NCBI GenBank assembly: GCA_958426775.1 | Contig: CATZZP010000001.1 | Location: forward strand, 38,299-102,298 | From: an uncultured Bacillota bacterium | GTDB lineage: Bacteria; Bacillota; Clostridia; Lachnospirales; CAG-274 | Length of the DNA stretch: 64,000 bases | Direction of reading: 5' to 3' | Shown: piece after piece, positions 26,307 through 36,477 of the stretch | Position numbering within the stretch: the stretch's first letter is position 1 | Layout: each line of letters begins with the position of its first letter | Program-made: the position numbers and the translations under genes | Notes under the pieces: model-generated | The model's input: only the letters and a program-made list of their open reading frames with translations | What the model was told of the DNA's origin: nothing | The model's database searches: none

Positions 26307-26594
26307 ATGAAGAAGTATGAATTAACAGTGGTTATTAACCCTAACCTTGACGAAGAGGCTGTTAAGGCTGAGTTTGCTGATGTACAGGCTCTTATCGAAA
26401 GATTCGGTGGTACAATCGAAAAGGTTGACGAGTGGGGTAAGCGTAGACTTGCTTACGAAATCAACAAGGTAAATGAGGGTATCTACACATTCTTTACTTT
26501 CAGCGCACCGGCTACTGCTCCTATCGAGCTTGAAAAGCGTATGCGTATTAAGGAGAATGTACTTCGTTATTTGGTTATTGCGCAAGAGGCTTAA
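26307..26594 (+). CDS. rpsF: 30S ribosomal protein S6
   Basis: MKKYELTVVINPNLDEE... matches S6. ATG 26307 follows AAGGAGG; the track's 26226 start is a 5' UTR extension. Confidence 0.85.
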   Translation: MKKYELTVVINPNLDEEAVKAEFADVQALIERFGGTIEKVDEWGKRRLAYEINKVNEGIYTFFTFSAPATAPIELEKRMRIKENVLRYLVIAQEA

Positions 26595-26611
26595 TTTTTG
26601 GGGGTGTCATT

Positions 26612-27055
26612 ATGAACAAGGTTATATTACTCGGACGACTTACTAAGGATGTTGAGGTCAGATATACTCAGTCTGCTGAGCCTGTAGCTGTTGCAAGCTT
26701 TTCTATAGCTGTAGACAGAGCTTTTAAGAGGGAAGGCGGTCCTGATGCTGATTTCTTTAACTGCGTTTGTTACGGCAAGCGTGGCGAGAATATTTCTAAG
26801 TTCTTCCATAAGGGCAACAGAATTTCTGTTGTAGGCAGACTTGAAAACCGTAGCTGGACAGATAACAACGGTCAGAAGCGTTACGCAACTGATGTTGTTG
26901 TTGAAGAATTTGATTTTTGTGAAAGCAGAGCCAGCAGCGAGTATTCACAGAATAATGTACCAAGCTATCCAAAGTCAGAGCCTGTAGGGAACGATACACC
27001 TAACGGTATCTATATTTCAGATGATAATGCTGATGACAGCGATTTACCATTTTAA
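26612..27055 (+). CDS. ssb: Single-stranded DNA-binding protein
   Basis: 147 aa; OB-fold N-terminus MNKVILLGRLTKDVEVRYT, acidic C-terminal tail ending DSDLPF; conserved rpsF-ssb-rpsR order. Confidence 0.9.
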   Translation: MNKVILLGRLTKDVEVRYTQSAEPVAVASFSIAVDRAFKREGGPDADFFNCVCYGKRGENISKFFHKGNRISVVGRLENRSWTDNNGQKRYATDVVVEEFDFCESRASSEYSQNNVPSYPKSEPVGNDTPNGIYISDDNADDSDLPF

Positions 27056-27079
27056 TATTTTATAAGGAGGTTAATAACC

Positions 27080-27310
27080 ATGATTAATAAAAAGCGTGGC
27101 AGAAGAAAAAAGCGTGTTTGTGCTTTTTGTGCAGAGCAGGCTACTTCTATTGATTACAAGGATGTAGCTAAGTTACGTAAGTATGTTTCCGAAAGAGGTA
27201 AAATCCTCCCAAGAAGAATTACAGGTAACTGTGCAAAGCATCAGAGAATGCTTACTACAGCTGTTAAGAGAGCAAGACACATTGCTTTACTTGCATATAT
27301 TCAGGAATAA
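27080..27310 (+). CDS. rpsR: 30S ribosomal protein S18
   Basis: 76 aa; ...[27 protein letters not shown] matches S18. Confidence 0.9.
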   Translation: MINKKRGRRKKRVCAFCAEQATSIDYKDVAKLRKYVSERGKILPRRITGNCAKHQRMLTTAVKRARHIALLAYIQE

Positions 27311-27345
27311 TATAATCAGGGCTGTAAAAAACAGTCTTAAAACAG

Positions 27346-27382
27346 TAATGCCGATCACAATTGTGGTCGGCATTATTTTTTT
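27346..27382 (+). terminator. Rho-independent terminator after rpsR
   Basis: ATGCCGATCACAA / TTGTGGTCGGCAT hairpin followed by TATTTTTTT. Confidence 0.6.
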
Positions 27383-27427
27383 ACATATTACGGCATAAAA
27401 ATACTGATTTTATGCCGTAATATGTAA
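27381..27427. repeat. Perfect 20-bp inverted repeat with 7-nt loop (TTACATATTACGGCATAAAA-atactga-TTTTATGCCGTAATATGTAA)
   Basis: Both arms verified base-by-base as exact reverse complements. Lies directly after the rpsR terminator. Confidence 0.6.
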
Positions 27428-27553
27428 TATTATCATAGTTTTAAAATACCTTTCATTACCTATTCTTTTACTAAGACAGGCATTAGCTTTGCAGAATTTT
27501 GAAAATTACGGTAAATTGAGGCAAGTGTATACAGTGATACAGTGTGACGGTAT

Positions 27554-27757
27554 TCAATTATCCGCATCGGTATTATCATCGTCCTTGTGCTTGTATTCAA
27601 AAATTATAACGGTAATAATACCTAATACAAATATAACCCCGGTTGTTATTTCCCCTCGGTTAATTACATTACCTGAGATAAGGCTGTAAAGAATGTAAAA
27701 AATGTAAAGAGCTGTAATAGCAACAGCACAAATTATGCCGTATTTTGGTGTTTTCAT
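27554..27757 (-). CDS. Small membrane protein (67 aa), hypothetical
   Basis: Two hydrophobic helices (YGIICAVAITALYIFYILYSLI; GVIFVLGIITVIIF) and an acidic C-terminus. No homology recognised. Confidence 0.3.
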   Translation of the reverse strand: MKTPKYGIICAVAITALYIFYILYSLISGNVINRGEITTGVIFVLGIITVIIFEYKHKDDDNTDADN

Positions 27758-27799
27758 ATTATTCTCCTTTAAAAAAGGGCTGAATAAACAGCCCTAATA

Positions 27800-30004
27800 T
27801 TATTTTGCTCTGAATACGGTTACAGAAAGGGGAGCAAGCCTTAAGCCTATGCTGTCCTGTCTGCCGTTGTACTCAATTTTATCGCTTTTCTTAACTCCCT
27901 CGTTAGTAACGCCGCTTCCGCCGTACTTAGGTGAGTCGCTGTTAAAGATTTCCTCGTATTCACCCTCAAAAGGTACACCTACCCTAAAGTCCTCATAGGT
28001 ATTAGGTGTAAAGTTAAGGAGAAGTACAAGGGTATTTTCCTTTTTACTGCCTCGTCTTATAAAGGAGTAAATGCTCCTTTCATTATCGTTACAATCAATC
28101 CACTCAAAGCCCTCACCGTTAAAGTCCGCAAGCCAAAGTGCATCATTTTCAAGGTAAAGATGATTTAAGTCCTTAACATATTCAAGCATGGTGCGATGGT
28201 GGTCATACTCAAGGAGGAACCAGTCTAAAGGACGTTTTTCATTCCATTCAATAAACTGTCCGAATTCACCGCCCATAAATAACAGCTTTTTGCCGGGGTG
28301 ACCGAACATAAAGCCGTATGCCGCCCTCAGGTTGGCAAACTTCTGCCATAAATCACCGGGCATTTTGTCAAGCATGGAATGCTTGCCGTGAACAACCTCA
28401 TCATGGCTTAAAACAAGTACAAACTTTTCTGTATAAGCATAAACCATACCAAAGGTTAAGTTATTATGGTGATATTTTCTGTATACAGGGTCTTTGGCAA
28501 CATACTCTAAAAAGTCGTTCATCCAGCCCATATTCCATTTAAGACTGAAGCCTAAGCCGTTTTCATCGGCAGATTTTGTAACCCCTGCCCATGAGGTGGA
28601 CTCCTCGGCTATCATATATGCCTCAGGGTGCATTTTATTAATAACGGAGTTCATGTGCTTCATAAACTCAACAGCCTCTAAATTTTCTCTTCCGCCGTAT
28701 TGGTTAGCTACCCATTGACCGTCGCTCTTAGCATAGTCAAGGTAAAGCATAGATGCAACAGCATCAACTCTTAAGCCGTCAATGTGGAATTTTTCAATCC
28801 AGTAAAGGGCATTTGCAATAAGGAAGTTTTTAACCTCATTTCTGCCGAAGTTAAATATAAGCGTACCCCATTCAGGATGTTCGCCCTGACGTGGGTCTTC
28901 ATGCTCATAAAGAGCAGAACCGTCAAAGCGTGCAAGACCGTGTGCGTCCTTAGGGAAGTGTGCAGGTACCCAGTCTAAAATAACACCTATGCCTGCCTGA
29001 TGACACTTGTCTACAAAGTACATAAACTCATTTGGGTTACCGTAACGGCTTGTAGGTGCATAGTAGCCCGTAACCTGATAGCCCCAGGAGCCGTCAAAGG
29101 GATGTTCCTCAATAGGTAAAAGCTCAATATGGGTGTAGCCCATTTCCTTTACGTAGGAAACAAGGCTGTCAGCAAGCTCTACATAGCTGAGGAAGCGACC
29201 TGATTCAGGCTCTCTTTTCCAACTGCCCAAATGTACCTCGTAGATGTTCATTGGACTGTTGTACTTATCTTGATTTTTACGGCTTTCAAACCAGCTTTCA
29301 TCCTGCCACTTGTAGTTGTTTATATCAAAAACAAGTGATGAGGTGCTTGGTCTTAATTCCGCAAACTTACTGTACGGGTCGCTTTTTTGGATAAGGTCAC
29401 CGTGAGAGGTTTTGATTTCAAACTTATAACGGTCGCTGTCCTGTAAGCCCGGGATAAAAATTTCCCAAATACCTGAGCCTGATAAAAGACGCATTTGGTT
29501 ACGTCTGCCGTCCCATGCGTTAAACTCACCTATAACACTGACTCGCCTTGCATTTGGTGCCCAAACACCGAAAAGCACACCCTTGATACCATCAATCTCT
29601 GTTGGGTTGGCACCCAGCTTTTCATAGATATTATAGTGTGTACCCTGATTAAAAAGATAAATATCCATATCAGAGATACCGGGACTGAAGGAGTAGGCAT
29701 CGTAGCTTTGCCACTTGTTGCCGTCATGTGCCTCAAACTCCAGTAAATATCTGAACCATTTTTTACGTGTAGGTATTATACATTCAAAAAAGCCGTCTGT
29801 ATGTATTATTTCTGCCTCATATCGCCTTGAGGGATACTTTTCGTCAATGACGGTAACAGCCTTTGCCTGTGGGTTAAATACTCTTACAACAAGACAGTCC
29901 TTGTCGTTTATGTTAATTTCGTGCATACCAAGCACAGTATGGGGATCACCGTGGTTAGCGTTAACAATTTGCTGTAATTCGATCATACTAAGTGTAGTAA
30001 GCAT
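27800..30004 (-). CDS. glgB: 1,4-alpha-glucan (glycogen) branching enzyme
   Basis: 734 aa; GH13 catalytic region motifs (GIGVILDWVPAHF; FHIDGLRVDAV; ESTSWAG; HDEVVHGK); N-terminal CBM48-like region. Confidence 0.9.
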   Translation of the reverse strand: MLTTLSMIELQQIVNANHGDPHTVLGMHEININDKDCLVVRVFNPQAKAVTVIDEKYPSRRYEAEIIHTDGFFECIIPTRKKWFRYLLEFEAHDGNKWQSYDAYSFSPGISDMDIYLFNQGTHYNIYEKLGANPTEIDGIKGVLFGVWAPNARRVSVIGEFNAWDGRRNQMRLLSGSGIWEIFIPGLQDSDRYKFEIKTSHGDLIQKSDPYSKFAELRPSTSSLVFDINNYKWQDESWFESRKNQDKYNSPMNIYEVHLGSWKREPESGRFLSYVELADSLVSYVKEMGYTHIELLPIEEHPFDGSWGYQVTGYYAPTSRYGNPNEFMYFVDKCHQAGIGVILDWVPAHFPKDAHGLARFDGSALYEHEDPRQGEHPEWGTLIFNFGRNEVKNFLIANALYWIEKFHIDGLRVDAVASMLYLDYAKSDGQWVANQYGGRENLEAVEFMKHMNSVINKMHPEAYMIAEESTSWAGVTKSADENGLGFSLKWNMGWMNDFLEYVAKDPVYRKYHHNNLTFGMVYAYTEKFVLVLSHDEVVHGKHSMLDKMPGDLWQKFANLRAAYGFMFGHPGKKLLFMGGEFGQFIEWNEKRPLDWFLLEYDHHRTMLEYVKDLNHLYLENDALWLADFNGEGFEWIDCNDNERSIYSFIRRGSKKENTLVLLLNFTPNTYEDFRVGVPFEGEYEEIFNSDSPKYGGSGVTNEGVKKSDKIEYNGRQDSIGLRLAPLSVTVFRAK

Positions 30005-30118
30005 ATAAAAACCCCTCTCTTTAAAAATGATATTTTTTTAATTATACAATATTTTTTATATTAATGCTAGTATATTTACAAAAATATATTAATTTTAGTT
30101 AAAGGAGGAGTAAATTAT

Positions 30119-31621
30119 TTAAATTATTTTTTTGTTGGGCAATATACCGAAAAGGGATATAAGTAAAATATACATTCCGCCTATAAAAGCGGCAGAGCAA
30201 ATAAGACCGGTTACCGAAAAAAGTGAAATATCCCTTGTTAAAAACCGCAGGCTGAGGCAGGATAAGGCTATTGCAACAACAGGCTTTAATATAAGGTTAT
30301 TAAGGTAAAGACGTAACCTGATACAGTTAAGGGTTACGGTAAGACTTAGTACGGCAACCGCACAGGCACTTATAAACCACCCGAATATATATGCCTCTAT
30401 GCCGTATTTTGGCACAAAAAGACAGATAAAGCCTATATTAAAGATTGATGAAATTAAATTGACAATGAATATATATAATTGCTTGCCAAGCCCGTTAAGT
30501 ATGCCTGAAAGGGTTACCTGAAGGTAAATAAAGGGGCATACTATACCTAAAAGCCTTAACATATAGCCTATTTCCGTCTGATTATACACCACCTTGCCTA
30601 TTTCACAGGGAAGAGTAAGAAACAAGCCTGCCGTACCTATACCGACTACAGCCGTAAAGGCAAGGGATTTTTCAACAGCAGAGCTTATATTGCTTATACT
30701 GCCCCTTGCACCTGCCTCAGATACCGCAGGCATAAGAGCGGTGGCAAGTGCCGTTAAAAGTGATGAGGGAAACATTATAAGAGGCATAGCCATACCGCAA
30801 AGCTGACCGTAAAGCCCTACTGCCTCACCTCTTGTCAGTCCGAATAGCTGTAGCTTAGAAGGTATTAAAAAATTTTCAATACCGACAAGAAGCGTAGCTG
30901 TAATACGGTTAAGGGTAAGGGGAAAAGCAAGGGCAAAAAGCAGCATTCCTGCTTTATAATAGCTTATAAGGGGCTTATGATTAAAGTATTTTTTATTTAA
31001 AAGTATAGCTGTAAGGGCATAAATGCAGGCAATAACCTCGCCCATAACCATACCGATTACAGCCATGGCACAAGCCGATTCTATACCCTTATCAAGCATT
31101 GAAAAGGAGAGAATATATACAACAGCCATTCTTGTACACTGCTCTAAAACCTGTGATTTAGCAGGTACTGCCGTATTTTGCATTCCGTAAAACCAACCTC
31201 TTACACAAGAGCCTACAGCCATAAAAGGAAAACAAAGGGAAAGTATCTTAAGGGACAAAATTGTTCTCTTGTCCTTTAAAAAGTGTGTGCATATGTAGGG
31301 TGAAAGGCTGTATACTCCCAGAGAGGCAAAAAGAGAGAGTACAAGTGTCGTTAAAAGGGCGGTTATCAAAAGCCGTTTCATATTGCCAAGGTCGCCTCTT
31401 GCTCTTTGTTCGGCACTCAGCTTTGATACGGATGTGCTTAAGCCTGCTGAGGTAAATGCCCATACCAGCATATATATGGGTGAAATAAGCTGATATAGTC
31501 CCATACCCTCTGCACCAAGGGCGTTTGACATAAAAATACGATAAAAAAAACCTAAAAGTCTTGTAATTATATTTGCAAGGGTAAGTATAAGGGCGGATTT
31601 TACTATAGTAGCTTTAAACAT
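30119..31621 (-). CDS. SpoVB-like / MOP-superfamily (Wzx/MurJ-type) polysaccharide flippase
   Basis: 500 aa, about 14 TM helices. N-terminus ...ITRLLGFFYRIFMSNALGAEGMGLYQLISPIY resembles stage V sporulation protein B and related flippases. Confidence 0.6.
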   Translation of the reverse strand: MFKATIVKSALILTLANIITRLLGFFYRIFMSNALGAEGMGLYQLISPIYMLVWAFTSAGLSTSVSKLSAEQRARGDLGNMKRLLITALLTTLVLSLFASLGVYSLSPYICTHFLKDKRTILSLKILSLCFPFMAVGSCVRGWFYGMQNTAVPAKSQVLEQCTRMAVVYILSFSMLDKGIESACAMAVIGMVMGEVIACIYALTAILLNKKYFNHKPLISYYKAGMLLFALAFPLTLNRITATLLVGIENFLIPSKLQLFGLTRGEAVGLYGQLCGMAMPLIMFPSSLLTALATALMPAVSEAGARGSISNISSAVEKSLAFTAVVGIGTAGLFLTLPCEIGKVVYNQTEIGYMLRLLGIVCPFIYLQVTLSGILNGLGKQLYIFIVNLISSIFNIGFICLFVPKYGIEAYIFGWFISACAVAVLSLTVTLNCIRLRLYLNNLILKPVVAIALSCLSLRFLTRDISLFSVTGLICSAAFIGGMYILLISLFGILPNKKII

Positions 31622-31709
31622 AATAAACCTCGTGTATATGTTAATAAAGTCTATAGCAATAAAGTAAAAAATATGTTACAATTAATAAAATTAACCTTCC
31701 GAAAGGAGA

Positions 31710-33569
31710 ATGGCTATGTTTGATATACAGGCAGAGCTGAAAAAATTACCGGAGAGTCCCGGTGTATATATAATGAAGGACAGTACCGAGCAGATTATCT
31801 ATGTAGGCAAGGCAAAGGTACTTAAAAACAGAGTAAGGCAGTATTTTCAGAACAGTGCAAGCCACTCTGTAAAGGTTAAAAGTATGGTAAGCCGTATTGC
31901 AAGCTTTGAATATATAGTAACAGGCAGTGAGGTTGAGGCTTTAATACTTGAAAACAACCTTATAAAGCAGTATTCTCCTAAGTATAACATTATGCTTAAG
32001 GACGATAAAACCTACCCTTATATTAAGGTTACGGTTAATGAGCCTTACCCAAGGGTGTTTATGACAAGAAGGCATTTAAAGGATAAGGCAAGATACTTCG
32101 GTCCCTTTTCAAGCTCCTACAACGTAAAGGAAACCATTGAGCTTATTAACAGAATATGGCCCGTAAGACGCTGTCTTAAAAAATTTCCCCGTGATTTTAA
32201 TAAGGAAAGACCCTGCCTTAACTATCATATAGGGCAGTGCCTTGCACCCTGTACAGGCAAGGTAAACGAAATAGAATATAATATTATGGTTTCGGAATTA
32301 CTTGATTTTTTAAACGGTGATACCTATAAGGTAATAAAAAGTCTTGAAAATAAAATGCTTATTGCCTCTGAAAATACGGAGTATGAAAAGGCGGCGGAGT
32401 ACAGGGATACTATAGAGGCTGTTAAAAAGCTTAACGAAAAGCAGATTATTGAAGGTATGTCAGGCAGCAGTGAGGACAAGGATGTTATTGCTCTTGCAAG
32501 AGATGATAGGGCTTGTGTTGTACAGGTGTTTTTTATAAGAGGCGGTAAAATTTGCGGCAGAGAGCATTTTTTGCCTGAAAATACCGAGGCTATGGAGGAC
32601 AGTGAGGTTATAAATGACTTTTTAAAACAGTTTTACAGCGGCACTCCCTTTGTGCCTAAGGAGATACTTTTACAGTGTGATATACCTGACTTTGATATAA
32701 TAAGCAGTTGGCTTTCAGAGGAAAAGGGTCAGAGAGTTCATATTCTCATACCACAGAAGGGTGAAAAGCGAAAACTTGTGGAAATGGCAATAACAAATGC
32801 AAGAATTACTTTAGAAAAATTCGGTGAGCATATGCTGAGGGAAAAGGCTCGTACGACAGGTGCCTTAAAGGAACTTGAGGAGGCTATGGGACTTGGCTTC
32901 AGCCTTAACCGAATTGAAAGCTATGATATTTCAAATACACAGGGCTTTCAGTCTGTTGCCTCAATGGTTGTTTTTGAGGAGGGCAGACCGAAACGCAGCG
33001 ATTACCGTAAGTTTAAAATAAAATCAGTTACGGGTGCTGATGACTACGCAAGTATGTATGAGGTAATTACAAGGCGTTTTGTAAGATATATAAACGAAAG
33101 CTCTGACGAGAAGGTGAAAGGTGCTGGCTTTGATAAAATGCCTGATATGATTTTTCTGGACGGTGGCAAAGGACAGATAAGTGCAGTTATTCGGGCGTTA
33201 AATGAGCTTAATATAAGAGTACCCGTATGCGGTATGGTAAAGGATGACCGACACAGAACACGCGGTCTGTTATATCAGAACCGAGAAATAAGCCTGCCTC
33301 ATAATTCAGAGGGCTTTAAGCTTATTACAAGAATACAGGACGAGGTGCATCGCTTTGCCATAGAGTATCATCGTAAACTGAGAGAGAAAAGTCAGGTACA
33401 CAGTATCTTAGATGATATTAAGGGTATAGGAGAAAAAAGACGTAAGGCACTTATGCAGTACTTCGGAGATATTGATAAAATAAGAAGGGCAGAGGCAGAG
33501 GAGCTTGTAAAGGCTGAGGGAATGGACAAAAAATCGGCACAGGCCGTATATGACTTTTTCCGCAGATAA
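31710..33569 (+). CDS. uvrC: Excinuclease ABC subunit C
   Basis: 619 aa; N-terminal GIY-YIG (PGVYIMKD..IIYVGKAK.LKNRV), UvrBC-interaction region, RNase H-like domain, C-terminal (HhH)2 (IKGIGEKRRKALMQYFG). Confidence 0.9.
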   Translation: MAMFDIQAELKKLPESPGVYIMKDSTEQIIYVGKAKVLKNRVRQYFQNSASHSVKVKSMVSRIASFEYIVTGSEVEALILENNLIKQYSPKYNIMLKDDKTYPYIKVTVNEPYPRVFMTRRHLKDKARYFGPFSSSYNVKETIELINRIWPVRRCLKKFPRDFNKERPCLNYHIGQCLAPCTGKVNEIEYNIMVSELLDFLNGDTYKVIKSLENKMLIASENTEYEKAAEYRDTIEAVKKLNEKQIIEGMSGSSEDKDVIALARDDRACVVQVFFIRGGKICGREHFLPENTEAMEDSEVINDFLKQFYSGTPFVPKEILLQCDIPDFDIISSWLSEEKGQRVHILIPQKGEKRKLVEMAITNARITLEKFGEHMLREKARTTGALKELEEAMGLGFSLNRIESYDISNTQGFQSVASMVVFEEGRPKRSDYRKFKIKSVTGADDYASMYEVITRRFVRYINESSDEKVKGAGFDKMPDMIFLDGGKGQISAVIRALNELNIRVPVCGMVKDDRHRTRGLLYQNREISLPHNSEGFKLITRIQDEVHRFAIEYHRKLREKSQVHSILDDIKGIGEKRRKALMQYFGDIDKIRRAEAEELVKAEGMDKKSAQAVYDFFRR

Positions 33570-33605
33570 AAGGGTGACAACCGTTAAGTTGCCACCCCTT
33601 TTTTG

Positions 33606-35045
33606 TTATTTAATCTTAAATCTATATTTTACCTTTTTGTTTTTGCGGCGAGGAGGAGTAGATTTATATCTTCCGCTGTAGCTGTATACTTTTCTGCGTC
33701 TGCGTCTGCGGCTGTTACGTATCTTAAAGAAGGTACGTAATATAAATATAAGCAAAATAAAGGCCGCTGTTACTATACCTGCAATCTTTAAAACTTTAAT
33801 TGTGAAGGCTTTAAGGTTTTCCATTCTTTCTTTATGTTCAAGCTCACTTTGGGGTATGGCATCTACCCCTGTTGCGGCAACTATTTGAGTATTTCCCAAT
33901 AAATAGTCCTCATAGTAAATCTCAAGTGTACCTATTTCCTTTCCTACTTCAACGGGAGCCTGGATATTATTATCAAGTATTGGCTTTAAGGTTACCTTTG
34001 TACTGTCAATAAAGCTTGGCACTTCTGTTTTATAATCCTCTGAAATTTTAAGGGAAGCAGAGCCTAAGTCATATACCTTATCCTTGTAATTTTGTTTTAC
34101 GGGTATGCTGCCGCTATAGTCTGAGGCGGAAACCAGGGTCTTGTTCTCATAAAGAGAAAAGCCGTATTCCATAAGGGTTACCGTATCGGAGTATGTAAGG
34201 GCGGCACCGTTATCCTTCATAACTACGGTTATAAGTCTTATATCGTCTTTGCCTGCATAGGTTACAAGGGTGTTTAATGCCTGGTCGTGAAAGCCTGTTT
34301 TACCGCCGATTATATTTTCATAATAATAAGGAGAGGTAGGACGCATCATTTTGTCCTTGTTATGTAAAGGTCTTTCTACATTTTTATTTGTAGGGGGTAT
34401 TGTGTGGTCAACAGTTGAAAATACCTTCAAAAAGTCCTCATTTTCTACGGCTGCCTTTGTAATAAGGGACATATCATAGCAGGTTGTGTAATGATTTTCA
34501 TCATGGAAGCCGTGGGGGTTGGCAAAATGAGTATCTTCGCAGCCCAGTTCCTCTGCTCTTTTATTCATACGCTCCACAAATTTTTCCACCGTGCCGTCAA
34601 TATGCTCGGCAACTGCCATACAAACCTCGTTTGCAGACTCTAAAAGAATACCGTACATAGCATCCTCAAACTTAACCTGCTCTCCCTCGTCCATACCGAT
34701 ATGACTGCTGCCCGGACCTATATTAAAGACTGCATTGTGTGAATGGGTTATAATGTCTGACATATCACCCTCTTCAAAGGCTAAAAGGGAGGTCATAATC
34801 TTGGTTATGCTGGCGGGATACAGCCTTTCGTGTGCGTTTTTTTCATAGAGAATAACACCTGACTTGGCGTCAATTAATATACAAGCCTCTGCATTTATGT
34901 TAAGGCTTGTCTGCTCCGTCTTGGTTACAGCCTCTGTTTGGGTGGTTTCCTGAGTAGTTTCCGTTTGTGCATATGTTATTGTAAAAATATTTGTAAAAAC
35001 GACAAAAAGTATGTTAATATATAATAAAGCTCTTTTTAGAAACAT
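33606..35045 (-). CDS. D-alanyl-D-alanine carboxypeptidase (S11 family, PBP5/DacB-like) with C-terminal TM anchor and Arg-rich tail
   Basis: Signal peptide; SxxK active-site motif ASITKIMT; PBP5 C-terminal domain; then TM helix IAGIVTAAFILLIFIL and cytoplasmic RNSRRRRRRKVYSYSGRYKSTPPRRKNKKVKYRFKIK. Confidence 0.7.
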   Translation of the reverse strand: MFLKRALLYINILFVVFTNIFTITYAQTETTQETTQTEAVTKTEQTSLNINAEACILIDAKSGVILYEKNAHERLYPASITKIMTSLLAFEEGDMSDIITHSHNAVFNIGPGSSHIGMDEGEQVKFEDAMYGILLESANEVCMAVAEHIDGTVEKFVERMNKRAEELGCEDTHFANPHGFHDENHYTTCYDMSLITKAAVENEDFLKVFSTVDHTIPPTNKNVERPLHNKDKMMRPTSPYYYENIIGGKTGFHDQALNTLVTYAGKDDIRLITVVMKDNGAALTYSDTVTLMEYGFSLYENKTLVSASDYSGSIPVKQNYKDKVYDLGSASLKISEDYKTEVPSFIDSTKVTLKPILDNNIQAPVEVGKEIGTLEIYYEDYLLGNTQIVAATGVDAIPQSELEHKERMENLKAFTIKVLKIAGIVTAAFILLIFILRTFFKIRNSRRRRRRKVYSYSGRYKSTPPRRKNKKVKYRFKIK

Positions 35046-35164
35046 ATTAAACCTCTTGAATTTAATTAATTTTCATTTGCTGTTTATACGCAAGGGATAT
35101 TATAACATTAAAGCAGGGGTAAGTTCAAGGGGTAATATTTTTCTTAATATAAGGGAGGGGTAGT

Positions 35165-35773
35165 ATGGACAAGGAGAAAGTAACCAAAACAGGCATAGCT
35201 ACACTTATTCTCGGTGTTATTTTATTTCTGTTCTGGGGTATATTTTTCAGTGATTATCATGAAGAAAATACAGAAAACTTTACGGAATATATTAATGAGG
35301 AAAGCAGTAATACAGAGCCTTCTACAGAGGCTTCCACTATAATAGTACAGATTGCGGGAGAGGTAAATAAGCCTGATGTCTATATTGTACCTGAGGATAC
35401 AAGGCTCTTTCAGCTTGTTGATAAAGCAGGGGGCTTTACGGATAAGGCGGACAAGGATTCTCTTAACTTGGCTAAGGCTTTAACTGACGGTGAAAAAATA
35501 GTCGTAAATAAAATTGATGATAAGGTTGACAAAATCGACGGTTTGAAGGAAAATAGTAATAAAGGCTCAGAAATAAATGAGCGTATTAATATAAATACAG
35601 CCACTGCCCAAGAGCTTACACAGCTTGAAGGAATAGGGGAAGATCTTGCGGAAAATATAATTGAATTTCGCAACAAATGGGGCGATTTTACAAGTATATC
35701 GGAAATACGTGAGGTAGATGGCATAGGTGAAGGCATTTATGATAAAATCAAGGATAGTATTACAATAGATTAA
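35165..35773 (+). CDS. comEA: Competence protein ComEA (SLBB + helix-hairpin-helix DNA-binding)
   Basis: 202 aa; N-terminal TM; SLBB-like region (VQIAGEVNKPDVYIVPEDTRLFQLVDKAGG); C-terminal tandem HhH (INTATAQELTQLEGIGEDLAENIIEFR...). Confidence 0.8.
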   Translation: MDKEKVTKTGIATLILGVILFLFWGIFFSDYHEENTENFTEYINEESSNTEPSTEASTIIVQIAGEVNKPDVYIVPEDTRLFQLVDKAGGFTDKADKDSLNLAKALTDGEKIVVNKIDDKVDKIDGLKENSNKGSEINERININTATAQELTQLEGIGEDLAENIIEFRNKWGDFTSISEIREVDGIGEGIYDKIKDSITID

Positions 35774-35787
35774 TTTAGGAGGATAAA

Positions 35788-36477
35788 ATGGCATCAAAAA
35801 TTTTGGTAGTAGATGATGAAAAGCTTATTGTTAAGGGTATAAAATTCAGCTTAGAGCAGGACGGTATGCAGGTAGATGTCGCCTATGACGGCGAGGAGGC
35901 GTTAAGGTTTGCAAAAGCAAACAACTACAGCCTTATTTTGCTTGATGTTATGCTGCCAAAGTATGACGGCCTGCAGGTTTGCCAGATGATAAGGGAATTT
36001 TCTAACGTACCTATTATTATGGTTACTGCAAAGGGCGAGGATATGGACAAGATTATGGGGCTTGAATACGGTGCAGATGACTATATTACAAAGCCATTTA
36101 ATATACTTGAGCTTAAAGCAAGAATAAAGGCTATCCTAAGACGCAGTGTAAGGACCGTTGTTACAGAGGAGGCTAAGAAAAACGTTATCAGCATAAGAGG
36201 TATGGAGCTTTACTTAGACTCAAGGCAGTGTAAGGTTGACGGTAAGGAAATTAACTTAACCGCCAAGGAGTTTGATATGCTTCAGCTCCTTATGGAAAAC
36301 CCCGGCAAGGTTTACAGCAGGGATAATCTGCTTAACACTATATGGGGCTACGGCTATCCGGGTGATGCAAGAGCTGTGGATGTACATGTAAGACGCTTAA
36401 GAGAAAAAATAGAGGCAAAGCCAAGCGAGCCACAGTATATACACACAAAGTGGGGGGTTGGTTACTATTTCCAGTAA
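35788..36477 (+). CDS. OmpR-family response regulator (WalR/YycF-like)
   Basis: 229 aa; receiver domain (ILVVDDE...LILLDVMLPKYDG...KPF) and winged-helix output (...VDVHVRRLREKIE...). Confidence 0.85.
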   Translation: MASKILVVDDEKLIVKGIKFSLEQDGMQVDVAYDGEEALRFAKANNYSLILLDVMLPKYDGLQVCQMIREFSNVPIIMVTAKGEDMDKIMGLEYGADDYITKPFNILELKARIKAILRRSVRTVVTEEAKKNVISIRGMELYLDSRQCKVDGKEINLTAKEFDMLQLLMENPGKVYSRDNLLNTIWGYGYPGDARAVDVHVRRLREKIEAKPSEPQYIHTKWGVGYYFQ

